Assembly (NCBI GenBank): GCA_963663035.1
Contig: OY760074.1
Coordinates: forward strand, 448,001 to 512,000
Origin: Acidobacteriota bacterium
GTDB lineage: Bacteria > Acidobacteriota > UBA6911 > RPQK01 > JADFOI01
Direction: 5' to 3'
Length of the DNA stretch: 64,000 nt
Shown here: piece after piece, positions 39,176 to 50,297 of the stretch
Numbering within the stretch: the first letter of the stretch is position 1
Layout: the number at the start of each line of letters is the position of its first letter
Translations under genes and position numbers: made by a program
Notes under the pieces: generated by a model
The model's database searches: none
What the model was told of the DNA's origin: nothing
Seen by the model: only the letters and a program-made list of their open reading frames with translations

Positions 39176-42100
39176 TCAAAATCGTTGCTTGAGCTTGAAG
39201 TCGATGGCAACTGATCCGTCCTGGTCCCGGTTCCAACCGCGGTCAACCAGTCCGTTATTTTGTATTCGAAGACCACGATTTGACCCTGCTGATCGCTGCT
39301 CAAATCAGTGCTGTAGTTAACGGATAGATCTCTCGTCAACTGTTTGCCCAGGGTGATTCGAGCTCCCGGGTCGCGCTCGCTCCCGAAAAGGAATGGATCG
39401 ATGGAAAATTTTTCGAATCCGAAAAGCCGACTCGTTCGATTTTCCAGTCTTTCTCCGAGACTCTTACTGAGAACAGCTCCCGCTCCATAGACAGCCAGAG
39501 TGCCAGCTTCGCTCTGTCTTTCCCCTCCAAACCCTAGAATTTCTTCCTGGGTCTGCCCGATCGCGAGAAGGGAAACAATGCTCGGTGTGGGCATGGGAGG
39601 ATCCGAGCGGAAAGTGAACTCCAACTGATCGAGAGGTCCCTGGACAATTACCGAGATCGTGAACTCCCGAATCTCGGTTTGACCCTCCAGATTCACAAAA
39701 GGTCGAGTGCGTCTGGGATCATTGAAATTGACGATTCCTCGAGAGATCTCATAGTCATTATTCTCCAAAAACAGTTGACCACTGTCGATGGTGACAGTGC
39801 CCAGAATGACAGGGTTCTGTAAGGTACCGCGGGCAACGAGTTCAGCACTGGCCACCAGGTCGGCCAGATTGTTGGTAGCGCGTAGACTCTGATAAGCCTC
39901 GACCGTGACATCCAGGACCACTTCCGGAGCCGCTGTGGTGGGGAGGGAAGCGATCTCACCCTGAGCATATAGGGAAATGATTTCAGGGATAGAGATGTCC
40001 TGGTTGTACTCCGCAGCCCGCACATAGACCGCACCAGAGATCAATTCGGAGATGTCGCTTTTCAGGAGGTCCAAATCCACGTCTATGGTCGAAATCAGGT
40101 TGCGTGGATATTCCAGACGGAGGCCGTTTCCAAAGACGTTGATTTGCCAACGGGTAGCCGTTAAACCCTCCAGGAAGATCCCTCCTTCCGCGTTTACCGT
40201 GCCAAAGATGGTATTTGAGGAAAAGCTGTCCAGAGAAACCTGATTAGCAGTGAACCTGAGACTGCCCTCCGCATCAAAGAGGGTGGTTGGCAATTGGGGA
40301 TGATCAAGGAAGCCCTCTTCCAGTTCAGCAATTCCGACCATGCGGGGCTCGCTCAATGGACCCGCGATGACCATTTCCAACTGGACCTGCCCGGCCATGG
40401 TCCCGGAAGGCAAGAAGCTGTTCATCACCAGCAGGTTCATGGTCCCTTCCAGCTCGAGATTGATGCTTCGGCTTTCTCCCAGGTCGATTGTTCCTCCGAT
40501 CTGAAGCTCGGAATCCTCGCCGTTCAGGCTGAGTTGGTCCAGGGTCAACAGCCCGGCTCGATAAGAAAGCCGTAAGGGGTTCAGGTTCTTCAGCTGGTAA
40601 GTCGACAGGGAAAGGTCGATTTGTGGAAACACCACCTCAACGCTGAGTTCGGCGGGATCCTTTAAGGGTCCAGTCAGTGTCAGGCGGCCGCTCACAAGAC
40701 CACCAACATCCGGGAGATCCTGGGCAGGAATCAGCTGCAGGTAAGGATCCAGGGAGACTTCTTTCAACTCCGATGTGGCATTGATCCAGTAAGGGTCAAC
40801 GAGTCCGAGCTGCCCTTCAAACAGGAAAGAATTTCCCAGGTAGCCGTGCTGCAAACGAAAATCAAGAGCTTCTCCCCGGCCTTCTGCCTGCAGACGAACG
40901 TTCTCCAGGACGGACTCCTGGATGACGATTCGAGGTCCCTCCAGGAGAAGTTCAAAATTCGAGTCACTGAAGTTACCCTTTCCTGTGAAGGTGAAGTTGA
41001 TTGGACCTTTGGCTGGAATCTCCTTTTGCAGCCAGCCAAGATTCTCCAGTGGGAACTGGTCGCCCTTGAGATCGACCCTATAGGATTGATCATTCCAGCT
41101 CACAGCCGCCTGGCCGGAAACTGTGCCCTGCTGGACTGAGCCTTGAAGCTCTTGCAGAAGAATCTCCCCGTCTTCAATATCGACCTTGACACTGAAGCGG
41201 TCCAGTCCTTCGTCGTAAACTCTCGGCTGTAAGACTGAAAACCTTCCGCTGCCCCTGTAATCACCCGAGGCGATCTCTTCGAGGTGAAGTTGGCCGCTCA
41301 CCTGTCCCTGCATGGGGATCGCCAGAGGGGTCATGGAGAGAAAACGTTCTATGGGGACTTGATCGAGTTGAAGCTCGAGTGCTTCCAATGACGGAATCTC
41401 TGTCGAGTCGAGGGACAGGCGCAATGAAGTACTCAGTCCAAACCCGGGCCCAAGGAGTCTCGCTTCATCGATTTGGAAGGTCTCTTCGGATAAGCTGATC
41501 CGTGTTTCGAAGTCTCCCAGGAGTTCGTCTCTGAGGTGAATTTGCTCGCTCCGAACTGTTCCTCTCAGGCTCAATGGGTCCTTTCCTCCCTCCAGAGTTC
41601 CGGAGATACGAGTTGGGCCCTTGATCTCGATGAAATCGTGGTAGAGGAATCGTTCTGGCACTCCGCTGGACCCGATCAGTGTGAAGAGTTCCTCACTCTG
41701 CTGTGACACAAGGTCGAGATCTAACCGATAAGCTCCTGGGAAACCGATAGAACCGCTATAGTTGATCAGGCTTGAGGGAGTACGAAGCACGCCATCTGTC
41801 AGGTTGATTTCCTGCTGTCGGAACGAAATCGAGGAGTTCCCCTGGAAGGAAAGAGCCGGCAAGGTCGAGCTTCCCATGGGAGCTTGGGGAGAAAGCTCCC
41901 CCTGGTAAGAGAGATGACCTTGGGCACTCACTTCTTCCCAGTGAAGTCCGGGCCAACCCACCTGGCCAGTGAAGTCTGCAGAGCCGTGGAGTGGGAAGGC
42001 TTCCTGCCCCAAAGCTGTGAGGAGAGGGTCAATCGTGATCTGAGATGCGTCAACCTGAAAGTCAGAGGCGCCATCCTTCCAGTAGAGCTTTCCATGTGTC

Positions 42101-43116
42101 CGAACACTGCCGTCATAGAGCTGTGCCTCCAGGCTCTCCACAGTCATCGCTTGAGAATCGATGAGAACCCTGGCCGCAACTCGGCGGAGAGGAAGCGTTT
42201 CAAGTTGAATCGCATCAGAGTACGCTTCCCCCTGGAATAAGAAGTCCCCTGCTGTATTCGACAGGGTCCCGCTCAGAGAAAAGCGACCCTTCTGGACATG
42301 AGAGCTGAGAGGAGACCTTTCTAATCGGGCAAGATCGAGAGACAGATTGGTCTGGAAGCGGTATGCCCCAGCTCTGATATCGCTGATATTGCCCTCAGCA
42401 CGAGCTTCAATCTCGTGAGAATCAAGCCTTAGGGAAAGAACTCGAAGTTGGTTCCCCAGGGCTTCAAAGTCCAGGGACAAGCTTAAATCTGTGACACTGA
42501 ATCCGTTGAACCTCATACTAAAGTGTTCAAAGCTGCTGTGACCGATATACTTGCTTTCTTCGGGAATAAACTGCAGTGTGGTGGCCAGTCCCCCTTCGGC
42601 TGAATCCAGAACGAAAGCTTGGTCCTTGTAGAAAATCATCCCCTGGTTGAGTACCAGCTGCTGGATCCCCAAGGCTGGGAGGGAGAACTCGCCCTCCTGC
42701 TCCGGCAGGTCCTGGGACCAGAAAATATTTGAAAAATTGAATTTCTGGTTCGGATCCTCGGCAAGGTGGATATGAGGGTAGTCAAGGGTGAGGTTGTCCA
42801 GGGAGATGGAAGGAGCCAAGAAGTGAGTCATCGAGAAGTCCAGCAGGATGTGGTCAATGTCGATGGCGGGTTCGCGACCCGGGTATGCCCGGCTAAACAG
42901 TTGGAGATTATAGATATCGACCTGGGCCCCGAACAACTGAACGTCAAGGTAGCCAAGTTCAAGACGTGCATTGAATCGCTCTTCAAGAGTCTCGATTATC
43001 TGGTTTCTCAGCCACTGTTTGAAACCATCGCTGCGGACATACCGGCCTACAGCGGTTGGTACCGCCAGCACCAGGAAGAGAGAAAAGAGCGCGCCTATCT
43101 TGACAATTCGCCGCAT
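39176..43116 (-). CDS. TamB/AsmA-like translocation and assembly protein (1-nt frameshift near 39229)
   Basis: N-terminal anchor, long beta-taco-like body and DUF490-like end. One extra C restores GTRDQDGSVAIDFKLKQRF* ending at 39176. Confidence 0.82.
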
Positions 43117-43221
43117 GAGACTCCCAAGAATTCTCCCAGAATTTGGGGACTTTCCCCGAATTCCGTTAAAGATTAAATTTTAACAAAAAAGGTGTAACCA
43201 GAGGCGTTTGCAGGGTGTAAG

Positions 43222-43489
43222 CCCGCACTTCTCACACCCGTTCTACTGCATCGGCGCAATGATCCGGCCTGTACCCTGCGTTGCACGACCCGCACGGGAG
43301 CGCGGGTACCCCTCGGCCTCCTCAACGTACTCAAGAGTACGTTTGCGGGGGCCGACCCGCACGTGGGTACCCCTCGCGCGCCAGTCGGAGCCGCAGGCTA
43401 AAGCCTGCGGGCGCCCGTGGGCTAAAGCCCACGGCTCTGTTTTCCGGCCCTTCCGCCGCTTCGCTACGAACTGGTGTGAGAAATGCGGG
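43222..43489. mobile_element. MITE-like element, family A variant with nested REP-like doublet
   Basis: Ends CCCGCACTTCTCACACC and GGTGTGAGAAATGCGGG, then CTAG. About 46 bp of core identical to the 38979 element. REP-like pair at 43388-43437. Confidence 0.82.
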
Positions 43490-43496
43490 CTAGACG

Positions 43497-44822
43497 TTAA
43501 TCCAGGATGGGTAGGTTCTTAGCCAGATCGTTGAAAATCACAATCCCCATGAGCAGGATGAGGAAGACAAAACCGACTTGAAAGATGCGTTCCTTCACAC
43601 GCATGCTGAGGTCTCGCCGAATGAGCGCTTCAAGGGCAAGCAGTGCGATCACTCCACCGTCCAATATGGGGATGGGCATCAGATTGAAGATTCCCAGTTG
43701 CAGTGAGATCAAGGCCATAAAGCTGATGAGTTGAACCAGACCCATTGCCACAGCCATCCCCGAATAGCGGGCAATCTCGATTGGCCCGGACATGGCTCGC
43801 AAGGAGGTCCTTCCTGTGAAAATCCTTCCCACCACCTCGAAGGTCAGCATGGTCAACCGGTAGTTTCGCTCGAGCGATTTTTGTGTCGCCTCAACCAGTC
43901 CATACTGCTCCAGCTGCATCACCTGCACTGCGGTGCCAATGCGCCAGCGGTCCTCCATTTGAACGGCGGTAATGGATTTCTCAAAAGTCTGGTTGTCTCT
44001 GACAACCTCCAGCCGCAAAGGTAGTCCCTGGGAGGAGTTAATCAGCTGAGCGCTTTCCTCAAATCCCGATGTGGTTTGGTTCCCCATCGTGACTGTGACG
44101 ATCTCATCTCCAGACTGCAGTCCGGCCGCAGCAGCAGGGGAGCCTGCTTCAACCTCGTCGATGATGTAGGGAAGATACGGGGCAGCTCCAATCGTCCCAG
44201 CTTCGAACCCTTCCATAACTGAAGTGGTAATTTCCTGCTCAAAAACCTTCTCCTGACGTTCAATGGACAGCACGATCCTCTGATTGGGGCTGATGCTGAT
44301 ACGAAGCTGTGCTTCCTGCCAAGTGGGGACGGATCTTCCATCTATGGCCACGATGGTGTCGGCGATCTGCAGGCCGGCCTGATCTGCCGGTGAACCCGCT
44401 TCGATACTGCCAATCATCGCCGGCTGCTGCAGGTACGTCGCGACTGGGACCCCCAGCATATAGGTGGTCGTCAGCAGTATGAGAGCCAGAGCAAGGTTCA
44501 TGGCCGGACCCGCTACAGCAACCAGGAAACGATGTCCTTTGGGATGCGACTGAAACTCCCCGGCGTCGCCGGTGAGTTCCTCATCGTAGTTCTCTCCAGC
44601 CATCTTCACATAGCCTCCCAAGGGTAGGAGGCTAATCCGATAATCAGTATCTCCTCTGTGAAAACCGATCAGTCGACGGCCAAAACCAAGCGAAAACACT
44701 TCCACCCGAATTCCCAGTAGTTTTGCGGCTAGGTAGTGTCCAAGCTCATGAACGAAGATCATCACCCCAAGCACGAAGAGAAAGGAAAGGATGATCTGAG
44801 CGAAGGAAGTTAAGGGGGCCAA
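43497..44822 (-). CDS. rseP: RIP metalloprotease RseP
   Basis: Motifs HELGH, PLGGYVKM and NLMPIPILDGG; two PDZ domains. Confidence 0.95.
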   Translation of the reverse strand: MAPLTSFAQIILSFLFVLGVMIFVHELGHYLAAKLLGIRVEVFSLGFGRRLIGFHRGDTDYRISLLPLGGYVKMAGENYDEELTGDAGEFQSHPKGHRFLVAVAGPAMNLALALILLTTTYMLGVPVATYLQQPAMIGSIEAGSPADQAGLQIADTIVAIDGRSVPTWQEAQLRISISPNQRIVLSIERQEKVFEQEITTSVMEGFEAGTIGAAPYLPYIIDEVEAGSPAAAAGLQSGDEIVTVTMGNQTTSGFEESAQLINSSQGLPLRLEVVRDNQTFEKSITAVQMEDRWRIGTAVQVMQLEQYGLVEATQKSLERNYRLTMLTFEVVGRIFTGRTSLRAMSGPIEIARYSGMAVAMGLVQLISFMALISLQLGIFNLMPIPILDGGVIALLALEALIRRDLSMRVKERIFQVGFVFLILLMGIVIFNDLAKNLPILD

Positions 44823-44884
44823 GACAGTGTAATCTCCTAGTAGCTGCTTACGTCAACCATTGTCCGTTGGATCCAAGAGATTTG

Positions 44885-46039
44885 TCAAATGAGGCCGTTT
44901 TGAATTGCCTCCTGAGCCAGGTGACGAGCGTGACGGTCCGCCTCCAACACCGTCTCTAAGTCTTTGACGGGAGAAGGAATGTGTTGGTTTAGCACCTCCT
45001 CGATCACTTCGGCAATAGACGTAAAGGGAAGAGCCCGATCCAGGAAGTAGCGAACAGCAACTTCATTGGCGGCATTGAGAGCAGTTGGGTAGGTATCTCC
45101 ACTATCGAGAGCCTGATAGGCCAGGCGAATGCAGGGAAATTTATCGGTCTCCGGAGCCCGGAGTTCAAGCGCTGAAAGGGAAAGCAGGTCCAGTCGAGGT
45201 AAATGCGAGTCCCAACGTTCTGGGTAGGCCAGTGCATAAAGAATAGCAGCACGCATGTCTGTAATGCTCATTTGTGCCAGGATCGTGCCATCGATGAATT
45301 CAACCATCGAGTGGATGATTGATTGAGGATGGATCACGATGGAGATTTGAGCAGGTTTCATGGCAAAGAGATGATGGGCTTCAATCACTTCTAGACCCTT
45401 GTTCATCAGTGTGGCTGAGTCGACGGTAATCTTGGGTCCCATGTTCCAGGTGGGGTGATTCAAAGCCTCATCAACAGTGACACGTTTCAGCTGCTGTCTG
45501 GACTTGTGAAGAAAAGGTCCACCAGAGGCCGTCAAAACCAGTCGATGCACTTCCTGTTTCTCTGAGCCTCTCAAGCACTGATGGAGAGCACAGTGTTCGC
45601 TGTCCACCGGAAGCAGGTTGACCTGTGTACTTTGGACGATGGGCATGATCAACTCTCCTGCCATCACCAGGATTTCCTTGTTTGCCAAGGCCACGTCTTT
45701 CTTTTCCAGCAGCGCTCTGTAAGTCGGTATCAGGCCCGCCGCTCCCGAAATACCTGCCAGCACGACATCCACATTGGGATGGATAGCGGCTTCTATGACG
45801 CCCTCAACACCGGACAGGACCCGCATGTCGGGAAGACGCTGCTGGAGTTCCTGTGCTGCTTCTGGATCAGAAAGAGCGATCAGTTCGGGGTGGTACTTCA
45901 GGCTTTGCTGATGAAGCAGCTCTACACTGGTTTGTGCGGCCAGGGTTACGACCTGAAAGCGTTCCGGGTAGAGATCTACCAGGTCCAGAGCGCTCTTTCC
46001 GATGGACCCAGTCGATCCCAAGATAGCCAGTTTTCTCAT
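44885..46039 (-). CDS. dxr: 1-deoxy-D-xylulose 5-phosphate reductoisomerase
   Basis: Motifs LGSTGSIG, LANKE, PVDSEH, HPTWNMG and NKGLEVIEA. Confidence 0.97.
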   Translation of the reverse strand: MRKLAILGSTGSIGKSALDLVDLYPERFQVVTLAAQTSVELLHQQSLKYHPELIALSDPEAAQELQQRLPDMRVLSGVEGVIEAAIHPNVDVVLAGISGAAGLIPTYRALLEKKDVALANKEILVMAGELIMPIVQSTQVNLLPVDSEHCALHQCLRGSEKQEVHRLVLTASGGPFLHKSRQQLKRVTVDEALNHPTWNMGPKITVDSATLMNKGLEVIEAHHLFAMKPAQISIVIHPQSIIHSMVEFIDGTILAQMSITDMRAAILYALAYPERWDSHLPRLDLLSLSALELRAPETDKFPCIRLAYQALDSGDTYPTALNAANEVAVRYFLDRALPFTSIAEVIEEVLNQHIPSPVKDLETVLEADRHARHLAQEAIQNGLI

Positions 46040-46052
46040 CTCGATGGATCGC

Positions 46053-46841
46053 TCATTTTATCAGAACCAGAAGGGCATAATAGGCGGGAAGGGCAAACAG
46101 TAGACTATCGATACGGTCCAAGATCCCTCCGTGCCCCGGAAGCAAGGTGGAGCTGTCCTTGATGCCTGCCCCGCGTTTGAGCATTGACTCAAACAGGTCC
46201 CCCACTGCACCCACCAATCCTATGAATGCGCCGATCAAGACTAAATCAGCGGTTGACCAGGTAGTCAGGAAGTAGCCTCCGAAAGCCGTGGCGGCCAACA
46301 GTGAGCAGAGGAGTCCGGCAACGTATCCTTCCCAGGATTTGTGGGGACTGACTCGGGATATCACCTTATGCTTTCCCCACTTGTGACCGACCCAAAATCC
46401 AGCGATGTCACCCGCCCAAATGACAGAAAGGATCAGCAAGAGCTCTGGTACCTGATCCTGATCACTTTGAAAGCTTCCCGCAATGGATAGAGGGATGCCG
46501 ATGTACAGGATGGCCATCAGGTTGCCTGACACGGAGAAGAATCCTAGTTTCATCTTTTGAGTCTGAAAGACACCGTGGCCCATACAGATCAAACTGCTGA
46601 TGACAAGATAGGTTAGCACCCAGTCCGGAGAGAATGTCCATACCCAAGGCAGGAGTAGAGCCAAGGGAAGGGTGAACCAATAGGCTTCGACTTCATAGCG
46701 GGCCAGAATCCGAAGGAATTCGAAAACACTGAGACCCAGGAGAAGGTCAACCAGCAGAAGAAACAGGTAGGCTGGAAGGTAAAGAATGGCCGAAAGAACC
46801 AAGGGCAGGAGAATCACTGCCGTGGCGACGCGCTGCATCAT
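46053..46841 (-). CDS. cdsA: Phosphatidate cytidylyltransferase
   Basis: Motifs SPHKSWEG and GDLFESMLKR..IKDS..LPGHGGILDRIDS. Confidence 0.95.
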   Translation of the reverse strand: MMQRVATAVILLPLVLSAILYLPAYLFLLLVDLLLGLSVFEFLRILARYEVEAYWFTLPLALLLPWVWTFSPDWVLTYLVISSLICMGHGVFQTQKMKLGFFSVSGNLMAILYIGIPLSIAGSFQSDQDQVPELLLILSVIWAGDIAGFWVGHKWGKHKVISRVSPHKSWEGYVAGLLCSLLAATAFGGYFLTTWSTADLVLIGAFIGLVGAVGDLFESMLKRGAGIKDSSTLLPGHGGILDRIDSLLFALPAYYALLVLIK

Positions 46842-47629
46842 TTGACACTGTGTAACGAAGCGTAGCGAAGTCCTCCGTAGCGCCGCTCACGTTTCTGAAA
46901 TTCGAGAACCGCTTCCAGCAGGTGAAGTCCACGAAAATCCGGCCAGAGCACCTCGGTGACATAGATTTCTGCATAGGCGATCTGCCACAGAAGAAAGTTG
47001 CTCACACGCATTTCTCCACTGGTGCGGATCATGAGATCTGGCTCCGGAAGTCCCACTGTATAGAGGCTGTTTTCAATATCGTCTTCGCTGAGCGGATAGG
47101 CTGCTCCGCTCTTCAGGAGATGGTTGAAGGCATCCACCAGTTCGAGTCGACCACTGTAATTGAGGGCGACCACCATTTTGGTTCCCTTGTTGCTTCGGGT
47201 TTCCTCTTCTGCGAGCCGCAACTCTTTTTGAACTTCGGCGGGCAGTTCATCGATGCGTCCGATTGGCAGGAATCGAATGTCGTTTTGATGAATGGTTCGG
47301 AGTTCTCTCCGAATGTACTCCTTGAGAAGATTCATGAGCATGCTGACTTCGGTTTGAGGCCGCTTCCAATTCTCAGCTGAGAACGCGTACAGTGTGAGCA
47401 CCGGAACCGACAGCCGCGCTGCAGTTTCTACTACCGCCCTTACGGCATTGATTCCCGCTCGGTGCCCTGCTGCCCGTGGCAACTTGCGTTCCTTGGCCCA
47501 ACGACCATTTCCATCCATTATTACGGCAATATGGCGGGGGAGCTTGTAGGGATCAATTCGCTCAAGGAGTTCCGCTTCGGGGCTAGAAGGGTCAAAAACA
47601 TTCTCGAACTTTTTGACCAAACCATTCAT
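46838..47629 (-). CDS. uppS: Undecaprenyl diphosphate synthase
   Basis: Motifs HIAVIMDGNGRWA, FSAENWKRP and IRTSGEMRVSNFLLWQ. Confidence 0.96.
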   Translation of the reverse strand: MNGLVKKFENVFDPSSPEAELLERIDPYKLPRHIAVIMDGNGRWAKERKLPRAAGHRAGINAVRAVVETAARLSVPVLTLYAFSAENWKRPQTEVSMLMNLLKEYIRRELRTIHQNDIRFLPIGRIDELPAEVQKELRLAEEETRSNKGTKMVVALNYSGRLELVDAFNHLLKSGAAYPLSEDDIENSLYTVGLPEPDLMIRTSGEMRVSNFLLWQIAYAEIYVTEVLWPDFRGLHLLEAVLEFQKRERRYGGLRYASLHSVK

Positions 47630-47664
47630 AAAGTCACCTCGTACTCTACCACACTTGGTGCTCC

Positions 47665-48408
47665 TTAGTACCAGACTTTCATTAGATAAAGACCTTGGGC
47701 GGGTGCTGTAGGTCCGGCCATACGGCGGTCTTTGGAAGCCAGGATTTCAAGGATGTCAGTGGGGGGCCTTTTCCCCACCGCGATTTCCAGAAGAGTACCG
47801 GCGATGTTACGGACCATGTGATGTAAGAAGCCGTCGCCCTCGACCTGATAAGTGATGTGGCATCCCCGTTCTTGCATTCGAGAGAGAAACACAGTTCGAG
47901 TCGGGTCTTTCACTCTTGTGGATGCTGCTGCGAAGCCGCTGAAGTCGTGGGACTGGCACAGTGATTGTGCTGCTTCTTGCATGGCTTGAACATTTAAAGA
48001 GTGTTTCATGTGGTGGACGTAACCATACAAAAAGGGAGGCAGAGCAGGGCCATTGTAGATTCGGTATTCGTAGAGCTTTTTCAAGGCGTCTTTCTGAGCA
48101 TGAAATCCTGGCTGAGCAGGGTCAAGGTGCATAACCCGAATGTCCCAGGGCAAGACTCCATTGAGCCCTCGGAATAGCTTCTCAAGAGCAGTTTCTTGAG
48201 AAAGAGTGAAGTGGCCCACCTGCTCCATGGCGTGAACACCTGAATCTGTTCTTCCTGCCCCGACGACGGTGATCACTTCGCCTGTCAATTGGTGGAGGGC
48301 GTCTCTTAACTTGCCCTGGACAGTTTGCTGATCCTTCTGGATCTGCCAACCGGCATATCGGGTGCCAACGTATTGAAGAATGACTTTGTATCTAGGCATT
48401 CGTTCCAT
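47665..48408 (-). CDS. truA: tRNA pseudouridine(38-40) synthase
   Basis: Motifs AGRTDSGVHA, GFLHHMVRNI and TAPAQGLYL. Confidence 0.96.
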   Translation of the reverse strand: MERMPRYKVILQYVGTRYAGWQIQKDQQTVQGKLRDALHQLTGEVITVVGAGRTDSGVHAMEQVGHFTLSQETALEKLFRGLNGVLPWDIRVMHLDPAQPGFHAQKDALKKLYEYRIYNGPALPPFLYGYVHHMKHSLNVQAMQEAAQSLCQSHDFSGFAAASTRVKDPTRTVFLSRMQERGCHITYQVEGDGFLHHMVRNIAGTLLEIAVGKRPPTDILEILASKDRRMAGPTAPAQGLYLMKVWY

Positions 48409-48443
48409 CCTACGGCTTACATGGTTTTCCGCGGAGTCCTCTA

Positions 48444-48485
48444 CTGTCAGGTGTCAGCTGTCAGGTGTCAGTTGTCAGCGGTCAG
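48444..48485 (+). repeat. Heptamer array, 6 x NNGTCAG
   Basis: CTGTCAG GTGTCAG CTGTCAG GTGTCAG TTGTCAG CGGTCAG, between divergent truA and yebC-like genes. Confidence 0.85.
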
Positions 48486-48560
48486 CCTCTCCAGGTCCAT
48501 GCTACAATACGAGTGATCTTCAAATCATACTATCGATTCTAGTAGGGAGGAATTAAGAGT

Positions 48561-49313
48561 ATGTCGGGGCACTCTAAATGGCATTCCATCAAGCACAAAA
48601 AGGCCAGCGTCGATGCCAAGAGAGGAAAGCTCTTTACCCGGCTTATCAAGGAAATCAGTGTGGCAGCTCGGCTGGGCGGAGGTGATCTGGAGGCCAATCC
48701 TCGACTGCGAGCATCGGTGCAGACCGCTAAGGACGCCAACATGCCCCAGGACAACATTAAGCGTGCCATCATGAAGGGAACGGGGGAACTCCCCGGCCAG
48801 ACCTACGAGTCTATCTCTTATGAAGGTTTCGGCCCGGGAGGAGCGGCGGTTTTAGTTGAGGTCCTGACCGACAACAGGAATCGAACCGTAGCGGAGCTTC
48901 GCAACATCTTTTCCAAGCAGGGGGGGAACCTGGGCGAGACGGGCAGTGTCCAGTGGATGTTCGAGAGGAAAGGGTATATCGCCATAAAAAGGAAAGAGGT
49001 GTCGGAGGACCAATTACTGGAAATTGCACTCGAAGCTGGAGCTGAGGATCTGACAAGCGAAGGGGATATCTCTTCTATTTACACTTCGATAGAGAACTTC
49101 GAGGCTGTCAGGCAAGCCCTGCGAAAGGCTGGAATCTCAATGGAGTCCAGCGAACTGACCATGATCTCACAGAACAACGTACAACTCGTGAATAAGCCAG
49201 CCGAACAAATGATCCGGTTAATGGACGCTCTGGACGATCATGAGGATGTGGGGAACGTGTATGCCAACTTTGATATCGATGAGGCGGAGATGGAGACTCT
49301 CGCTGACCGCTGA
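48561..49313 (+). CDS. YebC/PmpR family protein
   Basis: Motifs MSGHSKWHSIKHKK, YEGFGPGG and TDNRNRT; upstream of ruvC. Confidence 0.95.
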   Translation: MSGHSKWHSIKHKKASVDAKRGKLFTRLIKEISVAARLGGGDLEANPRLRASVQTAKDANMPQDNIKRAIMKGTGELPGQTYESISYEGFGPGGAAVLVEVLTDNRNRTVAELRNIFSKQGGNLGETGSVQWMFERKGYIAIKRKEVSEDQLLEIALEAGAEDLTSEGDISSIYTSIENFEAVRQALRKAGISMESSELTMISQNNVQLVNKPAEQMIRLMDALDDHEDVGNVYANFDIDEAEMETLADR

Positions 49314-49351
49314 CCACTGACAACTGACAGCGAGTTCGGTCAGTTGGCAGG
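49301..49351. repeat. Heptamer array (NNCTGAC)4 with a short inverted arm
   Basis: Contains the yebC-like TGA and is followed by GGTCAGTTGGCAG. Confidence 0.75.
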
Positions 49352-49362
49352 AGTATCATGAT

Positions 49363-49863
49363 TTGGTGGTTATTTTAGGCGTTGACCCGGGAAGTCGAAT
49401 GACAGGCTATGGGGTCATCAGCACTGAAGGGACTCGTCTTTGCTGCATTGAGTATGGAGGAGTCTCGGGCCTCACCAAAGGGGGATCGAATCTTCTCCCA
49501 GATCGGCTAACACGAATTTACACAAAGCTGCGCAGTGTACTGGAGCGCCACGAGCCGGAAGTGGTTGCGGTTGAAGACATATTTTTCGCTGTCAACGCCA
49601 AGAGCGCTTTGAAACTGGGGCAAACTCGAGGAGTGATTTTGCTGGCCGCAGGCCAATCCGAAATTCCCCTTTTCGAATATTCACCCTTGGAGGTCAAGAA
49701 GGCGGTCGTGGGTTACGGTAGGGCAGAGAAGGCCCAGATCCAAGTGATGGTTCGGACCTTGTTGAATCTCAAGGAGGAACCTCAGCCTCACGATGCTGCT
49801 GATGCACTGGCCATTGCCTTGTGTCATGCTTTCAGTGCCTCACGACTTCGGCACACCCAATGA
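49363..49863 (+). CDS. ruvC: Holliday junction resolvase RuvC
   Basis: Motifs ILGVDPG, VKKAVVGYGRAEK and DAADALAIA. Confidence 0.96.
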   Translation: MVVILGVDPGSRMTGYGVISTEGTRLCCIEYGGVSGLTKGGSNLLPDRLTRIYTKLRSVLERHEPEVVAVEDIFFAVNAKSALKLGQTRGVILLAAGQSEIPLFEYSPLEVKKAVVGYGRAEKAQIQVMVRTLLNLKEEPQPHDAADALAIALCHAFSASRLRHTQ

Positions 49864-49900
49864 CGCTGGAGTAAGCTTGGGTAATGGTATGGCTGGGTGG

Positions 49901-50295
49901 CGGGTGTTCAGGAAGGCCAAGCTCTTCGTTCTCCCCGCCCTTCGATCTTCGATGTAGCATAGTACTCACTTTGATAAATACGATAGCGTTTGTTGGGAGC
50001 GCGACGGAGCCCAGATCGAGGCGCGACGACGAGTCGATGTCAGGGACATCGGCGAGGAGAAGCAACAAAGAAATGGGCCCGTCCCGCCCCAACCCTTCGG
50101 GCGGATGGGGGTTGCGGGCGATCTCTTTGTCACTCGTCGTCGTCGATGTCCCTGACATCGCCTCCTCCTCCCTTCGCGACCTCGCCTCGCAAGCCCCATC
50201 CGCAAACGTTACCGTCTTTATGAAAGGGAGTACTTAAACTACGCCTGCGGTCGAAGGGCTTGTGCGGCCTCGATCTTGACCTTCCTGAACACCCG
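49901..50295. mobile_element. 395-bp composite MITE, copy 2 (inverted; insert at 49961-50234)
   Basis: Reverse complement of 32134-32528 with few substitutions; between convergent ruvC and grpE. Confidence 0.9.
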
Positions 50296-50297
50296 CT

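Noticed and set aside
36088-43116. 2342-aa ORF as an ancient TamB-TamA fusion
   Set aside because: The junction runs through a MITE, and one added base restores a normal TamB end (..FKLKQRF*).
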